In this document: one piece after another, positions 20,334-31,012 of the stretch
Layout: every line of letters starts with the position of its first letter
Position numbering within the stretch: position 1 is the first letter of the stretch
From: Alkalispirochaeta sp.
GTDB lineage: Bacteria; Spirochaetota; Spirochaetia; DSM-27196; Alkalispirochaetaceae
Assembly: GCA_965242725.1 (NCBI GenBank)
Contig: CBDESZ010000018.1
Span: 384,001 to 448,000 of the forward strand
Reading direction: 5' to 3'
DNA length: 64,000 bases
Made by a program: the position numbers and the translations under genes
The notes under the pieces: generated by a model
What the model was told of the DNA's origin: nothing
Seen by the model: only the letters and a program-made list of their open reading frames with translations
Databases searched by the model: none

Positions 20334-21459
20334 TGGTTGCCTCATTTTCCTTTTCCGCGCCTCTTTGACGCCGTATTTTGTAGTTACCGGTTCCCATGAG
20401 AATTCCGAATGGCTCAAGGCCGGGCACATTTTCAAATATGATCTTTATGACGACAGTCATCGGTACCGCAAGAAACAATCCGGCCGTTCCCCAGAGCCAC
20501 CCCCACATGAGCAGGGAGAGGAGGATGACGACGGGAGAGAGATTCAGACTGTCGCCGAGAAGTTTCGGATCGAGGATATTCCCGATGATGAACTGCGTCG
20601 CCGACATGCTGATAATCGTCACGATGATCGGGTTCCACTCCGGCAGAAACTGAACGAGCGCGAATATCGCGGTTATGACGGTAATCGCGATGGAACCGAT
20701 GCTTGGAATGAAATTGAAGAGAAATGTCATCACCGCCCAGATAAAGGGAAAATCGACGCCGATGAGTCGAAAAGCGGTGTAGACAATCACCGCCGTGAGA
20801 CCGCTGACGAGGATCTTTACCGCCATGTACCGTCCGATCTGACTGGTAACATGAATCAAGACGCGATTGAACCGGCGTGTCGTTTCATACCGGACGGCAA
20901 GTTCCATCTTTCTCCGGACGTACGGTTTTTCAAGGAGCAGAAAGAGGAGGAAGATGAAGACGAGCATGAAGCCGCTGAGAAAGGACATGAGATTTCCCGA
21001 GAGGTCGAGAACCATATTCCCCACCGTCCTGGTCACTTCGAGATCACTGATGATCGTCGAGGGCAGGTCAAAGCGCATAATCATGTCTGAAAGGAGCTGG
21101 GTGAAACGCTGCTGATAGCGGGGAAACTCTCTCAGGAGGCTCTGTACGCTGGTATAGACGATCTGAAATCCCAGATACCCGAAGGCAAGAAAGACGATGA
21201 GTACCAGAGAAATGGCGAGAAACCGGGGCATCCTGTGCTTTGTCAGAAAGGTCGCCATCGGAGAAAAAACGAAGGAAAGCAGAATGGCGATGACAAAGGG
21301 TATAAAGATCTCCCCCGTCAGACGCAGGACGCCTCCCACGGCGACGAGGGCGATAATAAAGAGATACACGGTGCTGGCCCGTAAAAAACCCTGGGGCATC
21401 CTGATCTGTCTCAGCGCAGCACTCCGGGATGTGGAATCGGACTTTTTGTCATGATCCAT
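20326..21459 (-). CDS. AI-2E family transporter (PerM/TqsA-like)
   Basis: Multi-TM protein with [42 protein letters not shown]. Confidence 0.9.
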   Translation of the reverse strand: MDHDKKSDSTSRSAALRQIRMPQGFLRASTVYLFIIALVAVGGVLRLTGEIFIPFVIAILLSFVFSPMATFLTKHRMPRFLAISLVLIVFLAFGYLGFQIVYTSVQSLLREFPRYQQRFTQLLSDMIMRFDLPSTIISDLEVTRTVGNMVLDLSGNLMSFLSGFMLVFIFLLFLLLEKPYVRRKMELAVRYETTRRFNRVLIHVTSQIGRYMAVKILVSGLTAVIVYTAFRLIGVDFPFIWAVMTFLFNFIPSIGSIAITVITAIFALVQFLPEWNPIIVTIISMSATQFIIGNILDPKLLGDSLNLSPVVILLSLLMWGWLWGTAGLFLAVPMTVVIKIIFENVPGLEPFGILMGTGNYKIRRQRGAEKENEATSE

Positions 21460-21592
21460 GATCGCTACCCTATAAGGCAAACCGCCTTTATTCAACGGCA
21501 CAGCCGACGCTGAGATAAGAAAGCGCCTCGACTTCCGCCCGACATTGTGTCGAACCCGCCGAGGCGCCCCGGATCTCGCGTATGCCGCCGGA

Positions 21593-22984
21593 TTAGAAGT
21601 GGATCGCCCACCCTTCGGCGGCACGGGCGCTTTCCATCACCGCCTCCGAAAGCGTCGGATGGGCGTGAATCATCGTCGCAATGTCCTCCGGCAGGAGTTC
21701 CGCCTTCTTGGCAAGAAGGAGCTCATGGATCAACTCCGTGGCATTGTACCCGACGATGTGGGCACCGAGTATTTCCCGTGTCTCCTTGTCCAGAACGACC
21801 TTTACGAGGCCTTCGCTCTTTTCAACGGCGACGGACTTGCCGGCACCGCGATAGGGGAAGGTCGCCACATCAACGGGCCGCTTCCGCTCCTGTGCGGCCT
21901 TTTCGGTCAGACCGAAACTGCCGATCTCCGGTTCGCAGTACACGGCGGACGGAATCGACTGGGGATCAATTTTCGCCTCCGGCGAGTGGCCCGCCATGTA
22001 TTCAACGGCGATTTCTCCCTCTTTGCTTGCCACATGGGCGAGAAGCGGTGAGGCGATGACGTCGCCGATTGCGTAAACGCCCGGCACGGACGTCTGGTAA
22101 TAGTCACCCACGGTGATGAACCCCTTTTCCGTCTTCACACCGATTGTATCAAGACCGAGATTTTCGGAGTTGGGCGCCCGCCCGACGGCAACGAGGATCT
22201 TGTCTGCGTTGAGGGTCTCCTTGGAGCCGTCGGCGCTTTCCACATCCAGCTTTATTCCTTTGCCCTTGGTGTCCAGATTTGTCGCTTTTGTACCGGTCAT
22301 CGTTTTCACGCCGTACCGTTTGAACGCCTTTGCAACGATGTCCACCGTTTCGGCGTCTTCAAGGGGCAGCAGCTGATCAAGCATTTCCACCACCGTCACA
22401 TCTACGCCGAAGGCGTTCATGACATAGGCAAATTCCATACCGATCGCCCCGGCACCGAGAATGATCAGCGACTTCGGCAGCTCCGACATCCCGAGAATAT
22501 CTCGCGATGAAAGAACCTTTTTCCCGTCAAACTCAAAACCGGGAATCTCCCGGGAACGGGACCCGGTGGCAATGAGAATGTTTTTGGCGGAAATACTCTT
22601 CTTCCCGTCGATGGATACTTCATGGGCTGCGGTAAACTGCGCCGTACCCTCTATGTATTCGATCTTGTTTTTCTTGAGAAGGGACTGCACGCCTTTGGAC
22701 AGCTTGGACGCCGCGTCACGTGATTTTTTGTGAACTTTTCCGTAATCAAGGCCGCTCTTATCCACGGTGACGCCGATTTTTTGCAGCTCCTCCGTGTCGT
22801 GCATGATTTCAGCCTGATGGATAAGTGCCTTGGAGGGAATGCACCCCCAGTTGAGGCAGACGCCGCCCGGCGCCTCCTTCTCCACGACGGCCGCCTTTAA
22901 TCCGAGCTGGGAAGCACGGATCGCCGCGACATAGCCTCCCGGCCCCGCCCCTATGATAAGTACATCGTAATCGTAATCTGCCAT
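21593..22984 (-). CDS. lpdA: Dihydrolipoyl dehydrogenase (E3)
   Basis: GAGPGGY, GGVCLNWGCIPSK, GAGAIG, HAHPTLSE. Confidence 0.96.
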   Translation of the reverse strand: MADYDYDVLIIGAGPGGYVAAIRASQLGLKAAVVEKEAPGGVCLNWGCIPSKALIHQAEIMHDTEELQKIGVTVDKSGLDYGKVHKKSRDAASKLSKGVQSLLKKNKIEYIEGTAQFTAAHEVSIDGKKSISAKNILIATGSRSREIPGFEFDGKKVLSSRDILGMSELPKSLIILGAGAIGMEFAYVMNAFGVDVTVVEMLDQLLPLEDAETVDIVAKAFKRYGVKTMTGTKATNLDTKGKGIKLDVESADGSKETLNADKILVAVGRAPNSENLGLDTIGVKTEKGFITVGDYYQTSVPGVYAIGDVIASPLLAHVASKEGEIAVEYMAGHSPEAKIDPQSIPSAVYCEPEIGSFGLTEKAAQERKRPVDVATFPYRGAGKSVAVEKSEGLVKVVLDKETREILGAHIVGYNATELIHELLLAKKAELLPEDIATMIHAHPTLSEAVMESARAAEGWAIHF

Positions 22985-23012
22985 TGTTTTCCTCCCTGTA
23001 TTCCAGCTCGTC

Positions 23013-24356
23013 CTAGAAGATCATCCGGACAGGTTGTTCCATGATTCCCTGAAGATCTGCAAGGAATTTTCCACCTGCGGCGCCGTCGATAACACGATGG
23101 TCACAGGACAACGTCATTTTCATGATTGACGCGACACCGATGGAACCGTCGTCTTTGACGATCGGAGTCTTCCTGGTGGCACCGAGGGCGAGTATGGCCG
23201 AACCCGGGGGATTGATGATCGCCGTAAACTCCTCAACACCGAAAGAACCGAGATTGCTGATTGTGAACGTTGCACCGGTGTACTCACTGGGCTGGAGTTT
23301 TCCCTCCCGGGTTTTCCTGATCAGTTCCTGCAGCTCTTCATCGATTTCACGGACTCCCCTATTTCCGCAGTTCCGCACGACCGGCGTGATCAGCCCGTTG
23401 CCCAGATCCACGGCAAGACCGATATCGATGCTGCCGTACTGGACGATCTTGTCTCCCTGCCACGACGCATTGATATGGGGATGGCGCTTGATCGCCTCGG
23501 CGGCAAATTTGATGAAAAAGGCGTTGAGGGAAACTTTGTTGTCCAGCGTATCGTTGAGAAATTTTCTCGCGGCCACGATGTTTTCCATGGCAACCGACAT
23601 CTTGAGGTAGTAGTGGGGTGCGGAAAACTTGCTTTCGCTCAACCGCTTGGCGATGACCGCCCGCTTCCCTGCAACCGGGATTTCCTGGTCACCCGGCGCT
23701 GCCGCCCCCGCGGCGGGGGCGTTGCCGGTAACCGACGATGCCGGAATACCCCTGAACGATTCGATATCGCGTTTCACGATACGCCCGTCGGGACCGCTGC
23801 CGGTGACATAGGAGAGGTTGATATTCCGTTCCGCCGCGAGTTTCACCGCCAGGGGACTCGCCTTTATGCGTCCGCTTTCACCCCGCTGCGGTCCCGTCTG
23901 GGGAGCGGAACTCCTGGTTTCGTCCTTCCCGTCCGCCGGTTTTTCACTTTTCCCGGCTGTTGCCTTTTCCTGACTTTTTTCCTTTTCCCCGCCGGCCTCT
24001 TCTTTCTTTTTCCCGGCGTCGGGAGCGGGGGTACTCTCTTCTTTTTCTTCTTCTTTTTTGGCCCCCGATTCGCCGCCTTCCGCGGAGACGTCTTCCATGA
24101 TTGAGGAGATGTCCTCACCTTCCTCTCCGAGTATGGCGATCGTCTGACCTACGGTGGCGTTGTTGCCTTCGGTGACGACAATCTTGAGGAGCGTGCCCTC
24201 CTGGGTCGCCTCGTAATCCATGCTCGCCTTGTCGGTCTCCACCTCACAGAGGACGTCGCCGGCGGCGATGGTGTCGCCTTCCTTCTTATTCCAGCTCGTG
24301 ATGGTTCCCTCTTCCATGGTGGGAGAAAGAGCCGTCATCGGTATCTTTTCTGCCAT
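23013..24356 (-). CDS. pdhC: Pyruvate dehydrogenase E2 dihydrolipoamide acetyltransferase
   Basis: LSPTMEEG, ETDKA lipoyl site, PSBD (ASPLA...GSGPDGRI), DHRVIDG. Confidence 0.95.
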   Translation of the reverse strand: MAEKIPMTALSPTMEEGTITSWNKKEGDTIAAGDVLCEVETDKASMDYEATQEGTLLKIVVTEGNNATVGQTIAILGEEGEDISSIMEDVSAEGGESGAKKEEEKEESTPAPDAGKKKEEAGGEKEKSQEKATAGKSEKPADGKDETRSSAPQTGPQRGESGRIKASPLAVKLAAERNINLSYVTGSGPDGRIVKRDIESFRGIPASSVTGNAPAAGAAAPGDQEIPVAGKRAVIAKRLSESKFSAPHYYLKMSVAMENIVAARKFLNDTLDNKVSLNAFFIKFAAEAIKRHPHINASWQGDKIVQYGSIDIGLAVDLGNGLITPVVRNCGNRGVREIDEELQELIRKTREGKLQPSEYTGATFTISNLGSFGVEEFTAIINPPGSAILALGATRKTPIVKDDGSIGVASIMKMTLSCDHRVIDGAAGGKFLADLQGIMEQPVRMIF

Positions 24357-24361
24357 TGGTC

Positions 24362-25342
24362 CTACTCCTTGTATGTTACCCGTTTCACTGCGGCGATTAC
24401 CTTTTCCACCGACGGCTGGATTGCGAGTTCCAGCGTGTGGTTATAGGGCATCGGCACGTCTTCACTGTGGACAAACTCCACAGGAGCATCGAGATCGTCA
24501 AAGCAATTCCGGGAGACGAGCCAGCCCACGTGTGAACCGACACTCGCCATCGGCCATGACTCGTCGATGACGACGGCCCGATTGGTCTTTCGGACGCTTC
24601 TATAAATCGTCTCTTCATCGAGGGGACGAAGGCTCCGCAGGTCGACCACTTCCGCATTAATGCCCATGTCGGCGAGCTCCTCCGCCGCTTTCAGGACCAT
24701 GTAGACCGGTTTGCCGTGGGCGATAAGGGTAACATCGTCGCCTTCCCGCTTGATATCGGCCTTGCCGAAAGGTATGAGGTACTCTTCCTCGGGCACCTCT
24801 CCCGTCCACCCGTAGGCGAGTTCGCTTTCCAGCATGATCACCGGATTGTCATCCCGTATCGCCGTCTTCAGGAGTCCCTTGGCGTCGTACGGCGTTGCCG
24901 GGGCGATAACTTTGAGCCCGGGAACATGGACAAAGAAGCTCTGCAGCGCCTGGGAGTGCTGGGAAGAGAGATACTCCGCCGGTCCGTTTGCACCGCGAAA
25001 GACGATGGGCACCTTCAGCTGTCCCCCCGACATATGGCGCAGCTTTGCTGCGTTGTTGATAACCTGATCGAGCGCGAGGAGGGCGAAGTTGAAGGTCATC
25101 CACTCCACAATCGGCCGCAGTCCGACGGTTGCCGCACCGACGGCGAGTCCGGAAAACCCGAGTTCCGTGATCGGCGTGTCCAGAACACGCTTTTCTCCGT
25201 ATTTGTCGAGAAGACCCTTACTTACCTTGTAGGCGCCGTTGTACTGCCCGACCTCTTCACCGAGGAGAAAAACCTTTTCGTCCCGAGCCATCTCCTCGTC
25301 CATGGCCTGGCGAATCGCTTCCCGCATTTGAATTTCTGGCAT
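24362..25342 (-). CDS. pdhB: Pyruvate dehydrogenase E1 beta
   Basis: GEEVGQYNGAYKVS, DTPITE, EWMTFNF, QHSQ. Confidence 0.95.
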   Translation of the reverse strand: MPEIQMREAIRQAMDEEMARDEKVFLLGEEVGQYNGAYKVSKGLLDKYGEKRVLDTPITELGFSGLAVGAATVGLRPIVEWMTFNFALLALDQVINNAAKLRHMSGGQLKVPIVFRGANGPAEYLSSQHSQALQSFFVHVPGLKVIAPATPYDAKGLLKTAIRDDNPVIMLESELAYGWTGEVPEEEYLIPFGKADIKREGDDVTLIAHGKPVYMVLKAAEELADMGINAEVVDLRSLRPLDEETIYRSVRKTNRAVVIDESWPMASVGSHVGWLVSRNCFDDLDAPVEFVHSEDVPMPYNHTLELAIQPSVEKVIAAVKRVTYKE

Positions 25343-25364
25343 TCTTTACTCCTTTCGCTTCGCC

Positions 25365-26339
25365 TCAGGCGAGGATATCTTCATACATCGTATGGAGGGC
25401 CGGTTCTTCGCTCTTCTCCGCAAAATCAACGGAGTCTTGGACGATTTGCTTCATTTCATCGTCGAGCTTTTTGAAGTCCTCTTCCTTCAGGATCTTTGCC
25501 TCCATGAGCTGACTCTTCAGCTGGACGATGGGATCCTGCTTTTTGTACTGCTCCAGCTCATCTTTCGTCCGGTATTTGGCGGGATCGCTTATTGAATGGC
25601 CCTTGTACCGATACGTCTTCAGGTCAACCAGATAGGCCGTACCGCTCTTCCTGGACTCGTCGGCGACTTCCTTGAGCCCTTCATAGACATCCAGGAAATC
25701 CATTCCGTTGATCACCTTGCCCTTCAGACCGTATCCCTCGGCCTTGACTGAAAAGTCGTCGATACCGGAGACACGATGCACAGCGGTTCCCATTCCAAAG
25801 TGGTTGTTCTCCACGATATAGACAATCGGAATGTTCCAGATCTTTGCGAGATTGAGGCTTTCATGGAACGCGCCCTGATGTATGGCGCCGTCGCCGAAGA
25901 AGCAGAAGGTTACCCCCCCGTCTTCGTCGTACATGTGCTTGAATGCAACGCCCGTGGCAATGGGAATCTGCGCACCGACAATGCCGTTCCCGCCGAGGAA
26001 GTGGCGTTCGGCATCGAACATATGCATGGAACCGCCCTTACCCCGGACACACCCCGTTATCTTGCCGAAGAGCTCGGCCATGATGCTTTCCGGCGACATC
26101 CCGACGGCCAGCGCGTGTCCGTGGTCGCGATAGGAGGTAAGTATGTAGTCCTTGGCGAGATCCAGCGCCGCCACTGCACCGACCGCTACGGCCTCCTGTC
26201 CATTGTAGAGGTGGAGAAAGCCGCCGATTTTTCTCAGACCGTACATTTGTGCCGCTTTTTCCTCAAACCGGCGTATGAGCAGCATGTCCCGCAACGCCTT
26301 CATGAGAAAGTCCTTTTTGTATTTCTTGATATCCGACAT
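25365..26339 (-). CDS. pdhA: Pyruvate dehydrogenase E1 alpha
   Basis: GFLHLYNGQEA, YRDHGH, GKGGSMH, GDGA...ENN, RYKGHSISD. Confidence 0.95.
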   Translation of the reverse strand: MSDIKKYKKDFLMKALRDMLLIRRFEEKAAQMYGLRKIGGFLHLYNGQEAVAVGAVAALDLAKDYILTSYRDHGHALAVGMSPESIMAELFGKITGCVRGKGGSMHMFDAERHFLGGNGIVGAQIPIATGVAFKHMYDEDGGVTFCFFGDGAIHQGAFHESLNLAKIWNIPIVYIVENNHFGMGTAVHRVSGIDDFSVKAEGYGLKGKVINGMDFLDVYEGLKEVADESRKSGTAYLVDLKTYRYKGHSISDPAKYRTKDELEQYKKQDPIVQLKSQLMEAKILKEEDFKKLDDEMKQIVQDSVDFAEKSEEPALHTMYEDILA

Positions 26340-26354
26340 GTTCACTCCCTCTGA

Positions 26355-26792
26355 TTACGCCGTAGCGCTGTAATGCTCGCCCTTCATGGGACGGTAATAG
26401 TCGATCTGCTCAATCATCGTCTCAATGACGACCAGGTCCGTTTCATTCGGGTTGATATGCCAGAACGCCATCATGTGAGGTCCTATCGCCTCGAGAACAT
26501 CCGACTTGAGGGTGGGATTGTCGATGATCGTCGCCTTTCCGACGATTTCCACAACCTCGTCGAGAGATTTCGTCTGGATGAGCCATGAGACTCGGGCGTG
26601 TTCATTGATGTGATTTACCTTCCGGAAACTCGGTGCCGTCACCGAATATAACGATCCCGACTGACCGCGAAGTACCGTCGGAGTCATCCAACGACTGGAG
26701 GGCCTCCCTTTTTCATCCACCGTCGAGAGAACGGCGGCGTGCGAACTGTCGAGTATGCGTTCCGCCACATCCAAGAGTGAGTTGAGCTCCAT
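26355..26792 (-). CDS. Pyridoxamine 5'-phosphate oxidase-like FMN-binding protein
   Basis: AVLSTVDEKGRPSSRWM and K...I split-barrel pattern; GGAGG upstream of ATG 26792. Confidence 0.7.
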   Translation of the reverse strand: MELNSLLDVAERILDSSHAAVLSTVDEKGRPSSRWMTPTVLRGQSGSLYSVTAPSFRKVNHINEHARVSWLIQTKSLDEVVEIVGKATIIDNPTLKSDVLEAIGPHMMAFWHINPNETDLVVIETMIEQIDYYRPMKGEHYSATA

Positions 26793-27010
26793 TTTCCTTC
26801 CTCCTGCAATTCGTGAGTGCTTGATTTCTTCATGGTGACCGCTACAATGTAATAAAACCATCGGGTTTTGTAACCTCTCAAAACCGACAGGGAGCATAAT
26901 TGCTGACTAAAACAACTATACTTTAGTAGATATCCCTTGTTATACTCAGCAAAGGATAATTCTGTATCTATAAAAAGGCTGACAATTTCAGTCGGAAGTC
27001 AGGAGGGCTT

Positions 27011-28054
27011 GTGTTTCAGAAACAGGTTGTCATGCGACGGGTGGTTTTTTCCCTCATTCCCTTGTTTCTGTTTGCGACATTTCTCTACGGTTGGCGGGTG
27101 GTCGTCACCACCGCCCTGGTCTTTGCCCTTGGTATTGGGACGGAATACCTCTTTGAGAGAAGTCGCAAAAAGAAAGTAAGTGAAGCGGTTCTGGTAACAA
27201 GCGCGCTCTATGCGCTCTCATTGCCGCCGGCAACGCCGTTATGGATCGCGGCGATAGGCATCATTTTTGCCGTCGCCGTTGGAAAGGGCGTGTACGGGGG
27301 ATTCGGCCGAAATATCTACAATCCGGCTATTACCGGGCGACTCTTCATATACATTACCTTCCCCACGGTCCTCACCACGGCGTGGATGGTTCCGGCAATG
27401 GTTGATGTCGCCGGCGCCATGGGATTGACCGGCGCGTTCGGTACCTCCGGTCAGGTTGCCGTCGACACCATTACCGCGGCAACACCGCTTGCGGTCATGC
27501 GCTCCGGGGAAATGCCCAACCTGTGGAACCTCTTTCTCGGATTCCGCGGCGGATCGATGGGTGAAAGCAGTACGATCCTGATCATCGCCGCCGCCACCTA
27601 CCTCATGTGGACCAAAACGGCAAACTGGAAGTTCATCACCTCCACATTTACAAGCGCTCTCGTCTTTACAATCGCGTTTTACTTTGCCGACCTGATTCCC
27701 GGCGTATCTCCTTCGTCATATTCAGGGGCGGGACATCTGGTACCCATCGCGGCATACATGATGAGCGGAAGCATTCTCTACGTCGCCGTTTTCATGTCCA
27801 CCGATCCCATTTCCGGACCGAATAATCCAAAGGCCCAATGGGTGTACGGATTCCTCATCGGCGGTGTTTCCATGACCGTCCGCACCTTCAGCGGTTTTCC
27901 CGAGGGAACGAGTTTCGGCATCATGATCGGGAACACTTTCAGTGCCCTTCTTGATGAGCTGCTGCCCAAGAAGAAAAAGAAAAAACAGAAAAAGCAGAAA
28001 GTGGCGGCCGCGCCGCCGGAGACGGCTGATTCCGGTCAGGAGGCGACCGTATGA
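27011..28054 (+). CDS. NqrB/RnfD-family membrane flavoprotein
   Basis: GGFGRNIYNPA, FMN site DTITAATPL, GSMGESS, FMSTDPIS. Confidence 0.9.
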   Translation: MFQKQVVMRRVVFSLIPLFLFATFLYGWRVVVTTALVFALGIGTEYLFERSRKKKVSEAVLVTSALYALSLPPATPLWIAAIGIIFAVAVGKGVYGGFGRNIYNPAITGRLFIYITFPTVLTTAWMVPAMVDVAGAMGLTGAFGTSGQVAVDTITAATPLAVMRSGEMPNLWNLFLGFRGGSMGESSTILIIAAATYLMWTKTANWKFITSTFTSALVFTIAFYFADLIPGVSPSSYSGAGHLVPIAAYMMSGSILYVAVFMSTDPISGPNNPKAQWVYGFLIGGVSMTVRTFSGFPEGTSFGIMIGNTFSALLDELLPKKKKKKQKKQKVAAAPPETADSGQEATV

Positions 28055-28656
28055 ACAAGCAGAGTCTCGTATATACCGTCATATTTACCTTCATCGTTTC
28101 CTTCGTGTTCGTACTTGTATTGTCTTTTGCAAACGAGGGTACCCGGGAACGGGTTGAACTGAACCAGCAACTCAATCGTCAGCGGGCGATCCTCAATGCC
28201 CTCGGCGTCGAGTATTCCGGACCGGATCAGGTACTGAGCCTCTTTGAGGATGTCGAGGAAGTCGAACGGGGAGGTATGACCTTTTACCGCACCGTCGTGG
28301 ACGGCGAGCAGGCGTACGCAAAAGAGTTCAACGGCAGCGGCCTGTGGGGCAATATCAACGGCATTATCGCCGTTGACGGAGAGGTGAACAGGACCCTCGG
28401 ACTGGAGATCATCAGTCATAATGAGACACCCGGCCTGGGAGGGCGTATCGATGAACCCTGGTTCAAGGAACAATTGCGGAATGAGCGCATCGTCGACGGC
28501 ACGATCCGCGTGAGCGGAGCCGGCGAAGGCGACGAGGATCACGACAACGGAGAAATTGACGCCATTACCGGTGCTTCGAGGACGAGTGATGCCATGCAAG
28601 TGATATTCAATAATCAGCTGTCGGACATTTCCGACGCATTGGGAGGTAACTCATGA
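28051..28656 (+). CDS. NqrC/RnfG-family FMN-binding subunit
   Basis: N-terminal TM helix, GSGLWG, HNETPGLGG, DAITGASRTS. Confidence 0.9.
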   Translation: MNKQSLVYTVIFTFIVSFVFVLVLSFANEGTRERVELNQQLNRQRAILNALGVEYSGPDQVLSLFEDVEEVERGGMTFYRTVVDGEQAYAKEFNGSGLWGNINGIIAVDGEVNRTLGLEIISHNETPGLGGRIDEPWFKEQLRNERIVDGTIRVSGAGEGDEDHDNGEIDAITGASRTSDAMQVIFNNQLSDISDALGGNS

Positions 28657-29258
28657 GCACCTCTGGTCAGATACTCAAAGACAATCTCTGGTCGAATAAT
28701 CCGATCTTTATGCAGGTTCTCGGAATATGTTCCGCCCTCGCGGTGACGAATCTGCTTGTAAACACGATGATCATGACCATCGGGGTGACCTTTGTGACGG
28801 CGATGTCGAGCTTCACCGTCTCGATGATCAAGTCGCTCATTCCCCGAAAGGTACGGATGATCGTACAGACCCTGGTCATAGCATTCTACGTAATCATCGT
28901 TGACATTCTCCTCAGGGCGTATCTTCCGGATATCAGTCGTGCCCTTGGACCGTATGTGGGGCTGATCATCACAAACTGCATCATCATGGGCCGGGCGGAG
29001 GCGTTTGCCCAGAGCAATCCGCCCCTCATTTCCATGTGGGACGGTGCGACCAGCGGCTTCGGCTATATGGCGGTACTGCTGACTATCGCATTTTTCCGGG
29101 AGCTCCTCGGCTTTGGAACGCTCTTCGGATACCAGGTATTACCCGACGCATTTGTACCGTGGACGATCATGGTTACCGCACCGAGTGCCTTTTTCTTCCT
29201 CGGCGGTATCATTTGGGCGGGCAAGACGATCATGAATCGTGAAGGAGCGGCAGCATGA
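28653..29258 (+). CDS. NqrD/RnfE-family subunit
   Basis: NNPIFMQVLGICSALAVT, VGLIITNCIIMGRAE, RELLG. Confidence 0.92.
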   Translation: MSTSGQILKDNLWSNNPIFMQVLGICSALAVTNLLVNTMIMTIGVTFVTAMSSFTVSMIKSLIPRKVRMIVQTLVIAFYVIIVDILLRAYLPDISRALGPYVGLIITNCIIMGRAEAFAQSNPPLISMWDGATSGFGYMAVLLTIAFFRELLGFGTLFGYQVLPDAFVPWTIMVTAPSAFFFLGGIIWAGKTIMNREGAAA

Positions 29259-29854
29259 ACGCGGCACCACTGTTAAATCCCTTTTCACTCTTTTTTGCGT
29301 CGATTTTTACGAGCAATATCCTTCTCGCAAACTTCCTCGGCATGTGCTCGTTCATATCCATATCCAAGGATATGACCTCTTCAAACGGACTGGGCATGGC
29401 GGTAACGGTGGTACTCACCATAACCACCGCACTCAACTGGGTTATTCTCAACTACGTGCTCGTCCCGCTGCAGGTGGAATATCTGCGCTTCATCGTATTC
29501 ATCATTTCCATCGCTGCGGTCGTTCAAATGCTTGAAATGATCATTGACCGTGTATCCCAGGCACTCTACATGAGTCTGGGAATCTTTCTGCCCCTCATCA
29601 CGGTTAACTGCGCAATTCTGGGTGTCTCCCTTTTCATGGAGATCCGGAATTACACGTTCCTCCAAAGCGTGATATACGGATTCGGTTCCGGCCTTGGATG
29701 GTGGCTCGCCATTATGGCTCTTTCGGCGATTCGGAAGAAAACCGAGAAGGCGCCGGTTCCCGCAGGACTGAAAGGGCCGGGAATCACCGTCATTACCATT
29801 GGGTTCATGGCAATGGCCTTTATCGGGTTTTCCGGCATGCTCTCGGTTCAATAA
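29255..29854 (+). CDS. NqrE/RnfA-family subunit
   Basis: FLGMCSF, LGIFLPLITVNCAILG, MAMAFIGFSG. Confidence 0.92.
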   Translation: MNAAPLLNPFSLFFASIFTSNILLANFLGMCSFISISKDMTSSNGLGMAVTVVLTITTALNWVILNYVLVPLQVEYLRFIVFIISIAAVVQMLEMIIDRVSQALYMSLGIFLPLITVNCAILGVSLFMEIRNYTFLQSVIYGFGSGLGWWLAIMALSAIRKKTEKAPVPAGLKGPGITVITIGFMAMAFIGFSGMLSVQ

Positions 29855-29866
29855 GGAGTTCTTCAG

Positions 29867-30997
29867 ATGGAATTGGACTTGGTATACTTTATCGCCCCCG
29901 CGGCAGTGGGGGGCATCTCGGCGGGCCTGGCTGCGCTGATTTCGATAACCGACAAGATCGTCAACAACTATGGCGACATAAAAATCGATATTAACAACGG
30001 AAAAAAGGAGCTCGTCGTCAAGGGCGGACAGCCGATGCTCTTCGGACTTGCCGGGGAAGGCATTTTCATACCTTCCGCATGCGGCGGTCGCGGAAGTTGC
30101 GGTACCTGCAAGGTGAAGGTCAAGAGTGACATCGGCCCGGTCATGCCGACCGAGGTTCCATACCTTACCAAGGAAGAGATAGCCGACGACGTCCGACTCT
30201 CCTGTCAGGTCAAACTCAAAGAAGATGTGGATATCGACATTCCTGAGGAGCTTTTCAACGTCCAGGAGTATCAGGCCACCATCGAGAAGATTGAACAGGT
30301 TACCCACGATATTCTGGAGGTGTACTGCAAACTCCCCGAGGGCAAGGAAGTGACATTCACCTCCGGTCAGTACGGACAGTTTGAGGTTCCTCCCTACGAA
30401 AAGGTGAAAGAGAGATCGATGCGTGCCTATTCGATGTCTTCACCGCCGTCGGACAAGAACCACCTTGAGTTCCTGATCCGTCTCGTCCCGGGCGGAATCG
30501 TCACCACCTACGTTCACAACCATCTCCAGGAAGGCGAAAAAATCCGTATTGTCGCTCCCTTCGGCGACTTCTACGTCCGCGAGACCGACGCCCAGATGAT
30601 CTGTGTCGCCGGCGGTTCTGGAATGGCTCCGTTCAAGAGTATTTTTCAGGACATGATCGACAAGGGTACTTTGAATGATCGGGAAATCTGGTACTTCTTT
30701 GGCGCGCGGTCAAAGAGGGATGTTTTTTACCTCGATTGGCTGTACAAGCTGGATGAAGAAAATGAGAATTTTCACTTCATCCCCGCCCTCAGTGAACCCC
30801 AACCGGAGGACAACTGGGACGGTCCGACGGGATTGATCACTGAAATCCTCGATGAATACCTCAAAAATACAATTAATCCGGAGAAAGAGAAGGAAGGATA
30901 TCTCTGCGGCAGCCCCGGGATGCTTGATGCGTGTATGAAGGTCATGTCTGAAAATGAAATGCAGACCGACAAGATATATTTCGACAAGTTTGCGTAA
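29867..30997 (+). CDS. NqrF-like membrane-anchored 2Fe-2S/FAD NADH oxidoreductase
   Basis: N-terminal TM helix, SACGGRGSCGTC...RLSCQ, RAYSMSS, GGSGMAP, FGARS, YLCGSPGM. Confidence 0.9.
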   Translation: MELDLVYFIAPAAVGGISAGLAALISITDKIVNNYGDIKIDINNGKKELVVKGGQPMLFGLAGEGIFIPSACGGRGSCGTCKVKVKSDIGPVMPTEVPYLTKEEIADDVRLSCQVKLKEDVDIDIPEELFNVQEYQATIEKIEQVTHDILEVYCKLPEGKEVTFTSGQYGQFEVPPYEKVKERSMRAYSMSSPPSDKNHLEFLIRLVPGGIVTTYVHNHLQEGEKIRIVAPFGDFYVRETDAQMICVAGGSGMAPFKSIFQDMIDKGTLNDREIWYFFGARSKRDVFYLDWLYKLDEENENFHFIPALSEPQPEDNWDGPTGLITEILDEYLKNTINPEKEKEGYLCGSPGMLDACMKVMSENEMQTDKIYFDKFA

Positions 30998-31012
30998 GGC
31001 AGGTACAAGCGT

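Noticed and set aside
26793..27010. Rex or CcpA/LacI operator between the pdh and nqr-like operons
   Set aside because: Only partial palindromes with non-consensus spacing; not assignable by eye.
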